Source: Octopus vulgaris | Taxonomy: Eukaryota | Assembly (NCBI GenBank): GCA_951406725.2 | Contig: OX597836.1 | Location: forward strand, 16,430,001-16,494,000 | Length of the DNA: 64,000 nucleotides | Direction: 5' to 3' | In this document: positions 1 through 12,703 of the stretch, one piece after another | Layout of the letters: each line of letters starts with the position of its first letter | How positions within the stretch are numbered: the stretch's first letter is position 1 | Notes under the pieces: model-generated | The model's database searches: none | The model's input: only the letters and a program-made list of their open reading frames with translations | What the model was told of the DNA's origin: nothing | Position numbers and translations under genes: made by a program

Positions 1-858
1 GACGACCTCACGCAACACACCCTTCTATTTGCCGACGATGTCAAACCGGTCGCTCCTCGCGGTGATATAGAGGATCTTCGTCGATGCCTCCACCAAATTT
101 GGAGATGGTCTAACGAATGGGACCTGTGTCTGAACGTGTCAAAGTGCTGTCATCTGCCTGTTGGCTGTCTTCCTGCAACTCAACTTGATTTCGAGCCGGG
201 TCGTCTACTGCTGGAGAGACCGATCAGGTAAAGGACCTGGGTATCTTGGTGGATTCCTCCTTTTCGCTTTCGGCCCAGTGCGTCAATGCTGCCAACAAAG
301 CACGCGGAGTTCTGTTCTTGATTTGACGGTCATTCGGAATGCTCACAGCAGCCATATTCCTACCGTTCTATGACACGCTGGTGAGACCAATATTGGAGTA
401 CGGGATTCAAACCTCTTCTCCTTATCTCCTCAAAGACATACAGCATCTCGAAAGAGTCCAGAAGCTGGCTACCTGCATGGTTCTTGGTCTCAAGAATTTG
501 TCTTATGAAGAAAGGCTGAAGACGCTCGACCTTTATTCTCTAGAAAAACGACGACGCCGTGGTAATCTCATTCTTGCTCACAACATCATAAGCGGAAAGT
601 GTAACCTCTCGAAAGAGCTGTTCTTCACTCCTGCTCCAGAGCGTCGGCTGCGGGGTCATTCCGGAAAGCTCTATCTGCGACGATTTCATCTCAATCGAAG
701 GAGAGGGGCTTTCTCCGTCCGGGTTGCGGATTCGTGGAATAAGCTGCCGGACGAGATGGTGAAGATGCCGACGACCGCTCGGTTCAAAGTCTCCCTGGAC
801 CACAAGTGGCCTTGCTTTTTGCTTTTTGAGCCAAAAAATTAACTAACTAACTAACTAA
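1..858 (+). mobile_element. CR1-group LINE, 3' part of ORF2 (RT) plus 3' UTR and (TAAC)n tail; degenerate
   Basis: Frame 1 reads LLFADDVK (FADD at 28-39)...WDLCLNVSKC. After a frameshift it reads VKDLGILVD...ANKARGVL, stop, then ORF 339-842 LVRPILEYG...LERVQKLAT...FSVRVADSWNKLP, a typical CR1 C-terminus. (TAAC)n tail at ~839-858; second copy at 22498-22852. Confidence 0.9.
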
Positions 859-864
859 TATTAT

Positions 865-915
865 TATTCCCCCAGCCTGAAAATTTCAGGCCTTGTGCCT
901 ATAATAGAAATGATT
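865..915 (+). mobile_element. Isolated 3' tail (type 3) of SINE family C
   Basis: aaatttcaggccttgtgcctataatagaaatga then (TTA); matches the tails at 23586-23620 and 49851-49890. Confidence 0.6.
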
Positions 916-1404
916 ATAGTTATTATTATTGCTGATCAAAGGCATTCCACCCATGGCTATCCCACACAAAGGATGATGTAGTTCTAAAAACAACAACAAA
1001 AAAAAGCTATATATATCTTTACCCACGTTTAAGAAGGTTGGGTGAAATTTAAGGGTGATTTCATTTCTATTTTTAGCATTCTGAGCAATCACTTAATATT
1101 CCTCCTATTGTTATTTCTGACCATTTTTTGAAATATCACTTGTTGTTGTTGTTGCTGTTGTTGTTGTTGTTGTTGAATATTCTGCCACCGCCGCTGCTGC
1201 CGCATTTGTTGTTGTTGTTGTTGTTGTGGTTTCCGCTGTTACTATTGCTGCTATTTCGGTCAACGTTTGATGTTTGCTACTATCTATATCTAGCACTTTC
1301 CATTCACCCACCACCATTTTGTTTTGTTTTATTTCTGTCTTTTTTTGGGGGGGGGGGGGTTCTTGTCTCCTCCACATCCTTCTGTTTTCTCTTACTCCTC
1401 CCAC

Positions 1405-1474
1405 CTCTCCAACATCATCACCACCATTATTATTATTATCATTATCATTATTAATATTATTATCATCATCATCA

Positions 1475-1550
<76 letters not shown>

Positions 1551-1575
1551 CATTATTAATATTATCATCATCATC

Positions 1576-1616
<41 letters not shown>

Positions 1617-1657
1617 CATTATTATCATTATATTATTATTATTATTATCATTATTAC

Positions 1658-1702
<45 letters not shown>

Positions 1703-1775
1703 TAATATTATCATCATCATCCCCATTATTATTATTATTATTATTATTGTTGTTGTTGTTGTTGTTGTTGTTGAC
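1405..1775. repeat. Compound (ATT)n/(ATC)n/(GTT)n microsatellite
   Basis: Read directly; source of the poly-I/L/Y/N ORFs. Confidence 0.95.
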
Positions 1776-1889
1776 ATTATTAGTACGGTTATAATTAATT
1801 CTCCACCCCCTGTATTTCAATCCCACACCACTAGCAGTTCTCCAACGCACTTCTGCCTTACCCACGCCCCCCACAGCCCTGCCTACACA

Positions 1890-1977
<88 letters not shown>

Positions 1978-2328
1978 CACACACACGATCGCTTCCAAAT
2001 TGCTGCGTTGACATTTCGGCGTCCGTCATGTAACACCAGCCGACAGCAGCCATATTGCTTTAGTCGTGTGTCGCACCTAACAATGCCAGCCACTACGAAA
2101 TACCAAATACGCTATCTTCGTGAAAAGTAATAACCACATGAGAGGCACATGACGGCGGAAAATTGACTATTTCTGAGCTCAGCCTTGCCCACCCCTTGCC
2201 CTACCCCACTCTCCTAACACCTTACTCCCACCCGATCTAGTTATCAATTAACTATCGCTGGCCTATTATCCGATCACAGGTGACACACATTAAATGCAAA
2301 TGTGTCTGCATGTGAGCATATATATATA

Positions 2329-2408
<80 letters not shown>

Positions 2409-2490
2409 TAGACATATATATATATATATATAGACACACACATATTCATACATATATGTATGTATATATATATATTCATATACACACATA

Positions 2491-2736
<246 letters not shown>

Positions 2737-2746
2737 TACATATATA

Positions 2747-3045
2747 CACTGGGTATTCGGGCTAAATTTGAAGATTTTTGTGCCTCCTTTCATCAGAAAC
2801 AGCTTGATATTTTGGTGAACAGTGAACGGCGTTGAAGAGCATAAAGATTAAAGTTGTAGTTAAGAAAAAATTAGCTGACATGAAGGACTGGAAACCATTC
2901 GAATATAGGAAGAGAGTTACCCGTATCATAATGATTCTAGCCTGGTATCAAAATTCCGACGTGATGGCTGCTTCTTAATGCCTTGGTTGTAAGACGTGAC
3001 ACGGAATCACAGGCATCGTGATCACCAATTTACTCCAAACTGCGA
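2747..3045 (+). mobile_element. Degenerate Tc1/mariner (maT-like) remnant
   Basis: Reads MKDWKPFEYRKR...IMILA and ...TAMDFGMF/GGVMRPHVFE, resembling the maT motif VMVFGVVSSEGDVMPPHIF; stops and deletions present. Confidence 0.45.
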
Positions 3046-3258
3046 TGGACTTTGGTATGTTTCCCGTGCAGGTGGTGTCATGCGGCCCCACGTCTTTGAA
3101 ATGCTTTAGGTTCTGGTTATTTTACGTTTAGATTTTAAACCAAGCTTGACCAATTCTTTTCGAGATGCAAACCGTATGAAACATGGATCACCACCAGGTG
3201 TGCTGTACTACTAAAAATATCCAGGAAATTTTTCGTTAGTTGTGTCATTCGGAATGAG

Positions 3259-3645
3259 TGGAGGCGCAATGGCCCAGTGGTTAGGGCAGCGGACTCGCGG
3301 TCATAGGATCGCGGTTTCGATTCCCAGACCGGGCGTTGTGAGTGTTTATTGAGCGAAAACACCTAAAAGCTCCACGAGGCTCCGGCAGGGGATGGTGGTG
3401 ATCCCTGCTGTACTCTTTCACCACAACTTTCTCTCACTCTTACTTCCTGTTTCTGTTGTACCTGTATTTCAAGGGGCCGGCCTTGTCACAGTCTGTGTCA
3501 CGCTGAATATCCCCGAGAACTACGATAAGGGTACACGTGTCTGTGGAGTGCTCAGCCACTTACACGTTAATTTCACGAGCAGGCTGTTCCGTTGATTCGG
3601 ATCAACCGGAACCCTCGTCGTCGTAACCGACGGAGTGCTTCCATC
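3259..3645 (+). mobile_element. SINE family A (tail type 1), full length
   Basis: tRNA-like head with A box TGGCCCAGTGG and B box GGTTTCGATTCC; 11-bp TSD cattcggaatg (3246-3256 / 3646-3656); near-identical to the copies at 26497 and 43892. Confidence 0.93.
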
Positions 3646-3934
3646 CATTCGGAATGTCCCATCAGCCGCATTTGTATTACAAATGCTATTCTTTTCCCGC
3701 ATACAGACTGAGGTACCTGTACCGTAATTACCATATACCTTTATTCATCAACAGCTAAAGAATATATTCTAATGCTGTGCGTTCAGAGTATTTTGATATT
3801 ATTGGTCATGAATTTTGGGTTGTTTTTTTTTCACTCAGAAACGTATCGTTAAATTTTTTATCCATTATGCGACAAACCAATATTCTCAAACAGTCTGACT
3901 TTTCTGTGTGTGTGTGTGTGTGTGTCTGTCTGTA

Positions 3935-3977
<43 letters not shown>

Positions 3978-3997
3978 GTATGTGTGTGTGTGTGTGT

Positions 3998-4207
3998 GTC
4001 CACTACCACTTTAGAACATATGCTAGTTAGTTGATATCATCGTGACTTAGCGATTCGACAAGAACTTAACCGACAGAATAAGTAAAAGGTCTATAAACAA
4101 AAAAGGAAAAAAAACAATAAGTACTGGGGTCGATTTATTCGACTGAACCCCTTCAAAGTGGTGCCCCAGCATGGCCGTTGTCCAATGACTGAAACAAATA
4201 AACGATA
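3998..4207 (+). mobile_element. SINE family B, diverged 3' half
   Basis: gtactggggtcgattt...ccagcatggccg...aatgactgaaacaa matches the family B 3' end. Confidence 0.7.
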
Positions 4208-4592
4208 GAAGGCTGATCGATGAAACATAAAGACGGAGAGCATTAAATAGAAAGAGAAAGTAGAACAGAAAAGAAGTCTTTGCATTTAATTTGTAACAAA
4301 ACAGACGACAAGCGTAGACAAAGACTTAAATCCGCACGGATTTTCATTCATCACCCATCCCAAAACTTTATAAAACAGATGGTCACACTTGGGACGCCAG
4401 GTGCACGTAACAGGTCCGCAGTATTTCGGTGCGTCTTTTTTACATTCTAAACGGAAATCTTACCGAAATAGAATACACTTTTTAATCCATTCGTTAATCG
4501 ATAACGTACCTGCATGACAGAGAAAAGGTGATTGAATCGATTTGTTCCTTTATCCTATACGTTTGCGGTCTTGTGGCAATGTGAAGACGTCA

Positions 4593-4662
<70 letters not shown>

Positions 4663-4679
4663 ATATATATATATACATA

Positions 4680-4945
4680 TTTATAAAATTAGAAAGAACC
4701 ACCTTTTATCAATTCAGAATGAACAATTAAATTACACCATCTAGAAAATTACATATAATAGAAATATTAAAATTAAAATAACAATAAAATACCAATGATT
4801 AAGTAAATCGCAAAAAAATAATAAAAACGTATATAATTTTTATATATATATATATATATATATCATATTGTGGGAAATTTGATTTAGTATTTCTAAATTG
4901 AATTTTTTTTCCCCTGTAAGTTAAGATTAATATTTCCTCAAATAA
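4680..4945. repeat. Unclassified dispersed repeat with internal (TA)n; related copy at 21425-21590
   Basis: aaattaga..aaccac.. segment, then (TA)n, then attgtg..aaatttgattta..tgaattttttcc segment, in the same order at both loci. Confidence 0.5.
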
Positions 4946-4949
4946 TTAT

Positions 4950-5034
<85 letters not shown>

Positions 5035-5069
5035 ATATATGTATATATATATGTATATATATATGTATA

Positions 5070-5236
5070 TATTTACGATTTTTTGACTGCTGTGTCACCA
5101 TTTTTCGGTGTATTTCAACCAGAAAAAATGTTCACTTAAAGAAAATAACAATACATAATGCAAAATTTTTACTTTCCAAAAATTCCAACTCTAAAGGGTC
5201 GAAACAAACCCGAGCAACGCCGGGCGATATTGCTAG
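5070..5236 (+). mobile_element. Helitron 3' terminus
   Basis: GC hairpin cccg-a-gc-aac-gc-cggg (5209-5224), 8 nt before CTAG (5233-5236), followed by T: the canonical Helitron 3' end. Confidence 0.7.
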
Positions 5237-5239
5237 TAC

Positions 5240-6224
5240 TTTTAAAACTAAGATAGCTGCGCACGTTGAACTTTACCATAAAGGAATGTACTTGTATTGG
5301 CGTGAAACGTTTATTAAAAACATCGAAGTAATCCCTCGAATTTCTCTATCCGTTTTAGCAACTTATTCTTATCAGCGCTAATGGTATGTTCTTGACGTCA
5401 TAAGAATGTATAACCTTCGAGACAACGTGAAATAATTCTTTTCTGGAACAGTTGATCTCGAAGCCCGCCTTCGACTTTTTCGATCCGAAAAAGAATCTTT
5501 TAAGCCAATATTTACATGCTGTTATATATCGCTATATGTACAACGATATCCGCTGTTCTATAAAAGAAATATTTCACGTTCTCTCGAAGTTTATAAATTC
5601 TTACGACATCAACAACATTGAAATAGTTTTCTTCTATCATGGCCTCACAAACTTATGACCCACCTACCCCTTGCCTTATGCGCAGACCCAGGGCAACAGT
5701 TTTCTTTCACGTTAAAAATATAATGCTAAATTTCTGGCAGAGTGAATTGCGTCACGGTGCTGGTTTTCTCATAGACAGTGCCCAATTGACTCTACTATAC
5801 TGTGTAGTCGACAAAACCAAAAGCAAACAATGCTTCTCTGTCGGAAAGACGAGAATTTCGCCGTATCGTTTCCCTGATACTTTCGATAAGCTGAGGGATC
5901 TGCACACTTCTTTTTTGGCCACGTCCAATTCGACCTGTGGTGGAACTAGACTCTTGAAATTTCTTGACAATTTTCCAAACTGTCATTCGGTTAATTTTAA
6001 GCTATTTTACTATAGCGGTATTACTTTCACTTCCTTTGTGGAGGGTTGTGATTGTATTTGGGTCTATGGCTATCGTCTAAATTATAAATCTGAAGTTATT
6101 TAGTCTGAAACAAAAAGAAGACACACTAAGCTTTATAATGAAGTATAATTTTCGTATCTATTTCACATTTATTAATAGCTATTAAAGCCCAAAACTTCGG
6201 TCGCCTTAATTTCGGGTCACCCTG
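5240..6224 (-). mobile_element. Degenerate Tc1/maT-like DNA transposon
   Basis: Terminus CAGGGTGACCC on the minus strand at ~6224; HTH-like LKINRMTVWKIVKKFQESSSTTGRIGRGQKRSV...IRETIRRNSR (ORF 5795-5986); many stops; second TIR not found. Confidence 0.65.
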
Positions 6225-6292
6225 TGTGTGTGTGTGTATGTGTGTGTGTGCGCGCGCGCGTGTGTGTGTGTGCGCGCGCGCGTGTGTGTGTG

Positions 6293-6344
<52 letters not shown>

Positions 6345-6467
6345 TGTATGTATATATATATGTATATATACACACACGTGTATATACATATACGAATATA
6401 ATACATAAATATATATACCTACAGACTTATAAATACATATATACGCATATATATATATATATGTATG

Positions 6468-6529
<62 letters not shown>

Positions 6530-6533
<4 letters not shown>

Positions 6534-7255
6534 TGTGTAGTAAGAAGCTTCCTTCCCAACCACATGTTTCTGGGTTCAGTCCCACTGTGTGGCACCTTGG
6601 GCAAGTGTCTTCTAGTATAGCCTCGGGCCGACCAAAGCCTCATGAGTGGATTTGGTAGACGGAAACGGAAAGAAGCCCGTCGTATGTATATGTATAGATA
6701 TATATATGTGTGTGTGTGTTTGTGTCTATGTTTGTTCCCCCCACCATCGCTTGACAACCGATGTTGGTGTGTTTGCGTCCCCGTAACTTAGCGATTAAGA
6801 AAAAGTTACCGATTGAATAAGTACTGGGCTTACAACGAATAAGTCCTGGGGTCGATTTGTTCGATTAAAGGCGGTACTCCAGCACGACCACAGCCGTGTG
6901 GTATTTAGCTTGCTTACCAACCACATGGTTCCGGGTTCAGTCCCACTTCATGGCGCCTTAGGCAAGTGTCTTCTACTACAGCCTCGGACCTACCAAACCC
7001 TGAAAGAAGCCTGCCGTATACCCATATGTATGTGTGTGTATATGTTTGTGTGTATATGTTTGTGTGTCTATGTTTGTCCCCACAACATTGCTTGACAACC
7101 GATGCTGGTGTGTTTACGTCCCTGTAAGTTCGGCAAAAGAAACTGAAAGAATAAATACTAGGCTTGCAAAAAATAAGTACTGAGGTCGATTTGTTCGACT
7201 AAAGGCGGTGCTCCAGCATGGCCGCAGTCAAATGACAGAAACAAAAAAAAGAATA
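6530..7255 (+). mobile_element. Two tandem SINE family B copies
   Basis: Head, CORE-like segment, internal (TA/TG)n and 3' half occur twice (6530-6895, 6895-7255). Confidence 0.85.
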
Positions 7256-7326
7256 AGTATATATATGTATATGCACACACTTCTGCGTGGTGTTTATTGT
7301 GTGTGTGTGCAGATGTGTATGTATAT

Positions 7327-7367
<41 letters not shown>

Positions 7368-7387
7368 TGTGTGTGTGCAAATGTGTA

Positions 7388-7421
<34 letters not shown>

Positions 7422-8123
7422 TGTGTGTGTGTATGTGCAGATGTGTATTTGTGTGTGTGTGTGTGAGTGTGTTTTTTTCCAGTTTCTGAAATGAGGAGAG
7501 GGTATGAGAAACGAAAGAAAGAAAGAAAGAAAAGAATGTAAAGTCAACTCATGAATTGGTGAGCTGGTGGGGGGTGGGGGTGTAGTGGCGGGTGGCTGGT
7601 GGTTGGTAGGTATTTAGTGGAAAGGGTAGAAGCCTCATTCACCCGTGATAAATCTCGTCACACGGATGTAATTTTATCGTCATGCCCAGGTCTAATCACG
7701 TGAAAGGGGTAACCTGAGACCCATATGATTAATTATAATGGTACCAATGAGGAATATGGTAATAGACAGAGGGAGAGAGAGGGGGAGAGAGAAGGAAAGG
7801 GGAGAGTAAGGAGAAATCGAATATCAACGATGACGACGATAATAACAACAACAACAACAACAACCAGGAACGGAAAGGAACGTTTTAAAAAGAGAGACAC
7901 GATTGACTTTTGCAAACCCCAACTCCCTCTCTCTCTCCTTCTCTGTCTCTGTCTGTCTGTCTGTCTCTCTCTCTCTATCTCTCACTCACACTCACACACA
8001 CGTACACACATACACACACACACACACACACAAATACACACACACACACACACACACGCACAATCAATTGTCTAATTTTCTCTCTTCCCTTCTCTGTATA
8101 TATTTATACACATATCTAACTAT

Positions 8124-8190
<67 letters not shown>

Positions 8191-8677
8191 TTGTGTATGT
8201 GTGCCTATATATATATATAGATAGACAGATAGATAGATAGATACATACATACATACATACATACATACATACATACATACATACATACATACATACATAG
8301 AACACACATACATCAAATACATATTCGTGTATGTGTATATATACGTATATATATGTATGTATATTTATGTATGTCTACCTAAAGAGAAACAATGGTCATG
8401 TGTGTCTGTTTGTGTTTGTGTGAGTGCGCGCGTTTATGTATTAGCTTTATATTGGTTACTATATTGGTTTATATTGGCTTTATGTATACTATACTTAAAT
8501 TTAATATAATTCTTAATATTAGGAGATATACACACGCGCATTCAACATACACTTAATACATTACGCATACACTCACAGAGAAACACATTCCACGGACACA
8601 CACACACACAATACATTACACACCACACAAACATACTCCCTCTTAAATTTTCGTTCTATGATCATCCGAGGAATGTA

Positions 8678-8744
<67 letters not shown>

Positions 8745-8745
8745 G

Positions 8746-9299
8746 GGTGAGAGAGCAGTACATGCCATCAAAGTGACACTGACGTACAAATATATGAAGC
8801 CCAGTATACCCATCATGACTACCCGTCTGATAAGGGTACACCAGGCACATGCATCACAACCATATGTGGGCGACATCGTGATCTCATATCAAGATAAACA
8901 GTGCATGACCTTGCACGTGGGGCCCAGTTAGAATTTTCTTCAGGTTGGGTAGCCCATCCCACTCAAAAGGTCCCTGAATAAGGGTTAAGTATGTTGAACG
9001 AAACACTCGTGTTTCTAGACATGAATTATCCAAACCCCAAAGAATTCCTCTCAACACATGGCTATGATGCTCCTCCACAACTTCTGCTCATGATCAGAGA
9101 TGCACATATCGTCAGCCACCAAGGGACATGCTCAACTGGTTAAGGTCAAACAACTGACAAGCAAATCTGTGGTATTGAGCAGAATATTTGCTGTAGCCCA
9201 TCTTTTATACCAAGACAAAACAATGTACATGATAACACTTCCAATCAGTTAAGACCAGAAGCCACGAGAGCCACTGTCTGGTACTGCATCAGGGCATTT
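8746..9299 (-). mobile_element. Family D: ~550-bp non-coding element embedded in (TAA)n
   Basis: Homologous copies at 44605-45133, 28226-28510 and 61963-62045; (TTA)n runs on both sides. Confidence 0.8.
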
Positions 9300-9319
9300 G
9301 TTGTTGCTATTACTATTAC

Positions 9320-9398
<79 letters not shown>

Positions 9399-9592
9399 GT
9401 GATGAAAGCTCACGGCTTATTTTGCTGGATGTGATGGAAAGTGTCAGCTGTCCACGGCCATCAGACTAAGGTAACGATTGTCTACTGGTCATGCTTCAAG
9501 AACCCTGCGAAGAATTCTTCGCAAGTCTGCTGGCTCTGGACAGCTGACACTTTCCATCATAACCCAGTAAAATAAGCTGTGAGCTTTCATCA
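9399..9592. mobile_element. Two back-to-back 3' ends of an R4/Dong-like LINE
   Basis: ggacagctgacactttccatca...aaaataagc.gtgagctttcatcac lies on the minus strand (9399-9456) and the plus strand (9536-9592), each followed by its own (TAA)n; same 3' UTR as 23180-23272. Confidence 0.8.
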
Positions 9593-9597
9593 CATAC

Positions 9598-9648
<51 letters not shown>

Positions 9649-9664
9649 CGACGACGACGACGAC

Positions 9665-9703
<39 letters not shown>

Positions 9704-9920
9704 GATGATGATGATGATAATGATGACGACGACGACGACGACGATGACAATGACGATGATGATGATGAAGATGATGATGATGAAGATGATGATGATGATG
9801 ATGATAATGATGATGATGATGATGATGATAATGATGACGACGACGACGACGACGATGACGATGACGATGATGATGATGACGATGATGATGATGACGATGA
9901 TGATGATGATGATGATGATG
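9598..9920. repeat. (AAT)n/(GAC)n/(GAT)n compound microsatellite
   Basis: Read directly. Confidence 0.95.
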
Positions 9921-10479
9921 ATTTCTTTATTAAGGCTTTACATTAGGAAAAACTTGGAGAGTACAGGAAAAACAAAGAACGTGTGTGTTGTGAGGGTTTT
10001 GCGTGTAAACAAGACTAACAAGATTTTTCAAAAATCAGCAATGTGTGAACCTCGATAGGGAGAAGACGTTAGAGGGCTGCTCATGGAAAAAAAACCCATA
10101 AAAAACACCATGGGTACCCTGACTTTTAGGGCAGGTGCCTTCTCTCCTCTTCTTTTTATTTCAACTGCTGGCGTATGCTCAGGGCCAGGCCCGTTCACTC
10201 GCACCATTCTCACCACTTCCATCCACCTTTCTGCAAATTGGTTAGAAGACAATACTTCCCTCTCTACCCTTATTTTTCTTTTCAAGTGAAACTTGAAGAA
10301 GTTCATCGGGGACTGGCCAAAGAGAAAAGTGTTCGTCTTCAGCCCCTTCAATCTCGCCCATCATACAACCTCTTTCGCCATGGCCACCAGGTATTTCCTT
10401 CTCGGTTAAAGGAAGGCGACACGACGATATTCACGATGGATTCAGTTGACAGCCGGATCCGTCCCACGCACGACAGCAT
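9921..10479 (-). mobile_element. Tx1/L1-clade LINE, 5'-truncated 3' end
   Basis: KGLKTNTFLFGQSPMNFFKFHLKRKIRVEREVLSSNQFAERW and the 3' UTR are colinear with the longer copy at 41331-42230. Confidence 0.8.
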
Positions 10480-10731
10480 GCTGGCCTTGTGCCAAAATTT
10501 GAAATCTTTATTGGGTTTAACAGTGACAACGCGTTGTTTCACAGCGCTCTCGTAGTTAGGTTACCATTTCGTGAATTCTTCCAGAACTGAGTAACATTTT
10601 TGTATCGATGCGTTCGTTACAGAAACTGGGCTTCTATTAAATCGTTAAAGATAGCAAAATGCTATATAAAAGGAAGAGGTAAGATCGATACACAGAAGAC
10701 ACGCAAGGAATAATACAATGATGTTGTAGTT

Positions 10732-10788
<57 letters not shown>

Positions 10789-10827
10789 AATTCTCAGGAC
10801 ATTCCTATTTCGGGACCTGGAAATCAT

Positions 10828-11063
10828 AGGGTCGGTTACACTCGGTTGCCATGACTTCTAAGCGACTGAGGTCACAACGTTCCCCTCCTGAGTGGGGTAC
10901 CAGTCCGTTGCAGGAGCACTCATTTACAGTAGAGTGGACTGGGGTGTCAACGTGAAACAAGTGCTTTGCTCAAGAACGCAATACGTCGCCCGGTCCGGGA
11001 ATCGAAACCAGGATCTCGTGATCATGAGTTCAACGCCCCAACCACTAGGCCACACACCTTCAC
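10828..11063 (-). mobile_element. SINE family E (tRNA head plus gttcttgagcaaagcactt core)
   Basis: A box TGGCCTAGTGG and B box GGTTTCGATTCC on the minus strand; head shared with 48590-48672. Confidence 0.75.
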
Positions 11064-11891
11064 TGTTGATGAAAACTACATCAATTAGTCACCATAACAT
11101 CAAACAAAACGGTACCCAAGTGAATACACAGGGTAGCTTTTTAACAGAGCCAATTCTCCTCCGAAAATGGTCGCAAACATCTTCAGGTGGACCAAGGTTT
11201 ACTATGAAAAGCAGCAGGTGAGCTGAGAGGAGATGAGCAAAAAGTGTGAAGCGATGCCCCTCTCTCCCCTTACGGCAAATTGAAAATTGTAATTCTTCGC
11301 ACAAGAAACGAAGAACTGACAGAACTGTCAGCCGAAGCCAAGGAATTAGTAAAACTGTGTAATGTATTGACTGAAGATGCAGGGAGTTGCAGCGAGTCGA
11401 TTAAAGGGCTCACAGTTTCGTGGAAGACCCAGAGACATGTTAAAGCATGGGGATACTGGACACTTTCCCGGGGCTCTCACTAATCTAGGGACTCCATTAC
11501 AACCTGCGTATGCTGTAGTTTTCTGTCGGTAAATAAACACTACAAGGCCCTATGAACTGATTTACCCTGACGTCACAAGTGTCTAGGGGCCCAATTCTAA
11601 CTTATTTATGTTGTGGCTTGCTGTTAATAAATATTATAAGGCCCAGTGCTTTGATTTGCCCAGTAATGCAACTAGAACGGCCATAGATTTCTCGTGAAAA
11701 AACTGTTCTGGTAGTCCATGAAGAACTAAGACGCTACTTTTGACACCAAAATTGCTCGTGGATACCTTCCGATATCCCGTTTTCAAACACATACCAGAAA
11801 GCCCATATCGTGGAATGTTCTGGCCCTACCTTAGAAGTGGGTTCTCTTCCGAAAAGGAGTGGGTTAACGAATTTAAGTTTTCGTTTTTTTA

Positions 11892-11941
<50 letters not shown>

Positions 11942-12083
11942 ATATATGTACATGTATATATGTGCGTGTAATTTATATATACATGTATATATGCGTGTGT
12001 ATGTAGTATATATATATATATTTTATATATATATGAAAACGGATAATACATATATATGTTTCTATATATATGTATGTATATAA

Positions 12084-12126
<43 letters not shown>

Positions 12127-12338
12127 CATATATATATGTGTGTATATATATATACAGGTATTTAGTTAGATGTATTCAAATATATCTTGTGAGAAAGAGA
12201 GAGTGAAAGAGTGAGAGAGCGTGTGTGTGTGTGTGCGCGCGCGCGCGTGCGTATGTCTATACATATATCTGGGAAGGGTTTTATTATTTTTAGTTCCATA
12301 AATTATGTAAAAATGAAGGTGATGAAATGGTGAGTGTG

Positions 12339-12410
<72 letters not shown>

Positions 12411-12703
12411 CATATATATAATATATATATTATAAGGTGATGGAGATGTGGTAGGTGAGCGGGTATTGGAAACAGGGAATGTGGGATCAGGTGACGGCAT
12501 GCCTCTCTGCTCCCTCCACCACGCCGCTAACCACGACCACCCCCACTCGAGTCACTGACATACAAGAGACAAATGAAGTAAACGTTCAACAATTTACCCT
12601 TTTTAGCTTTTTTTTATGTACTTGTTTTGATTTTTGTTTTACTTGTTTTTTATATTTTTTGGCTAGATTTTGGGGGTTTTTTTCTCTTTACTATAGGCGC
12701 AGG

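Noticed and set aside
339-842. Functional 167-aa gene
   Set aside because: C-terminal piece of a CR1 ORF2 broken upstream by a frameshift and a stop.
3259-3335. tRNA gene
   Set aside because: The tRNA-like A and B boxes are SINE heads continuing into repeat bodies with TSDs; the same applies to families B, C and E.
11365-11405. Hammerhead-like CTGAAGA-TGCA...TGCA
   Set aside because: GAAA is replaced by GAGT and stem I pairs poorly; at best a dead relic.
11090-11880. Unique-looking stretch with short ORFs (possible viral or LTR relic)
   Set aside because: No recognisable motif in any frame I could read; left unassigned pending a BLASTx search.
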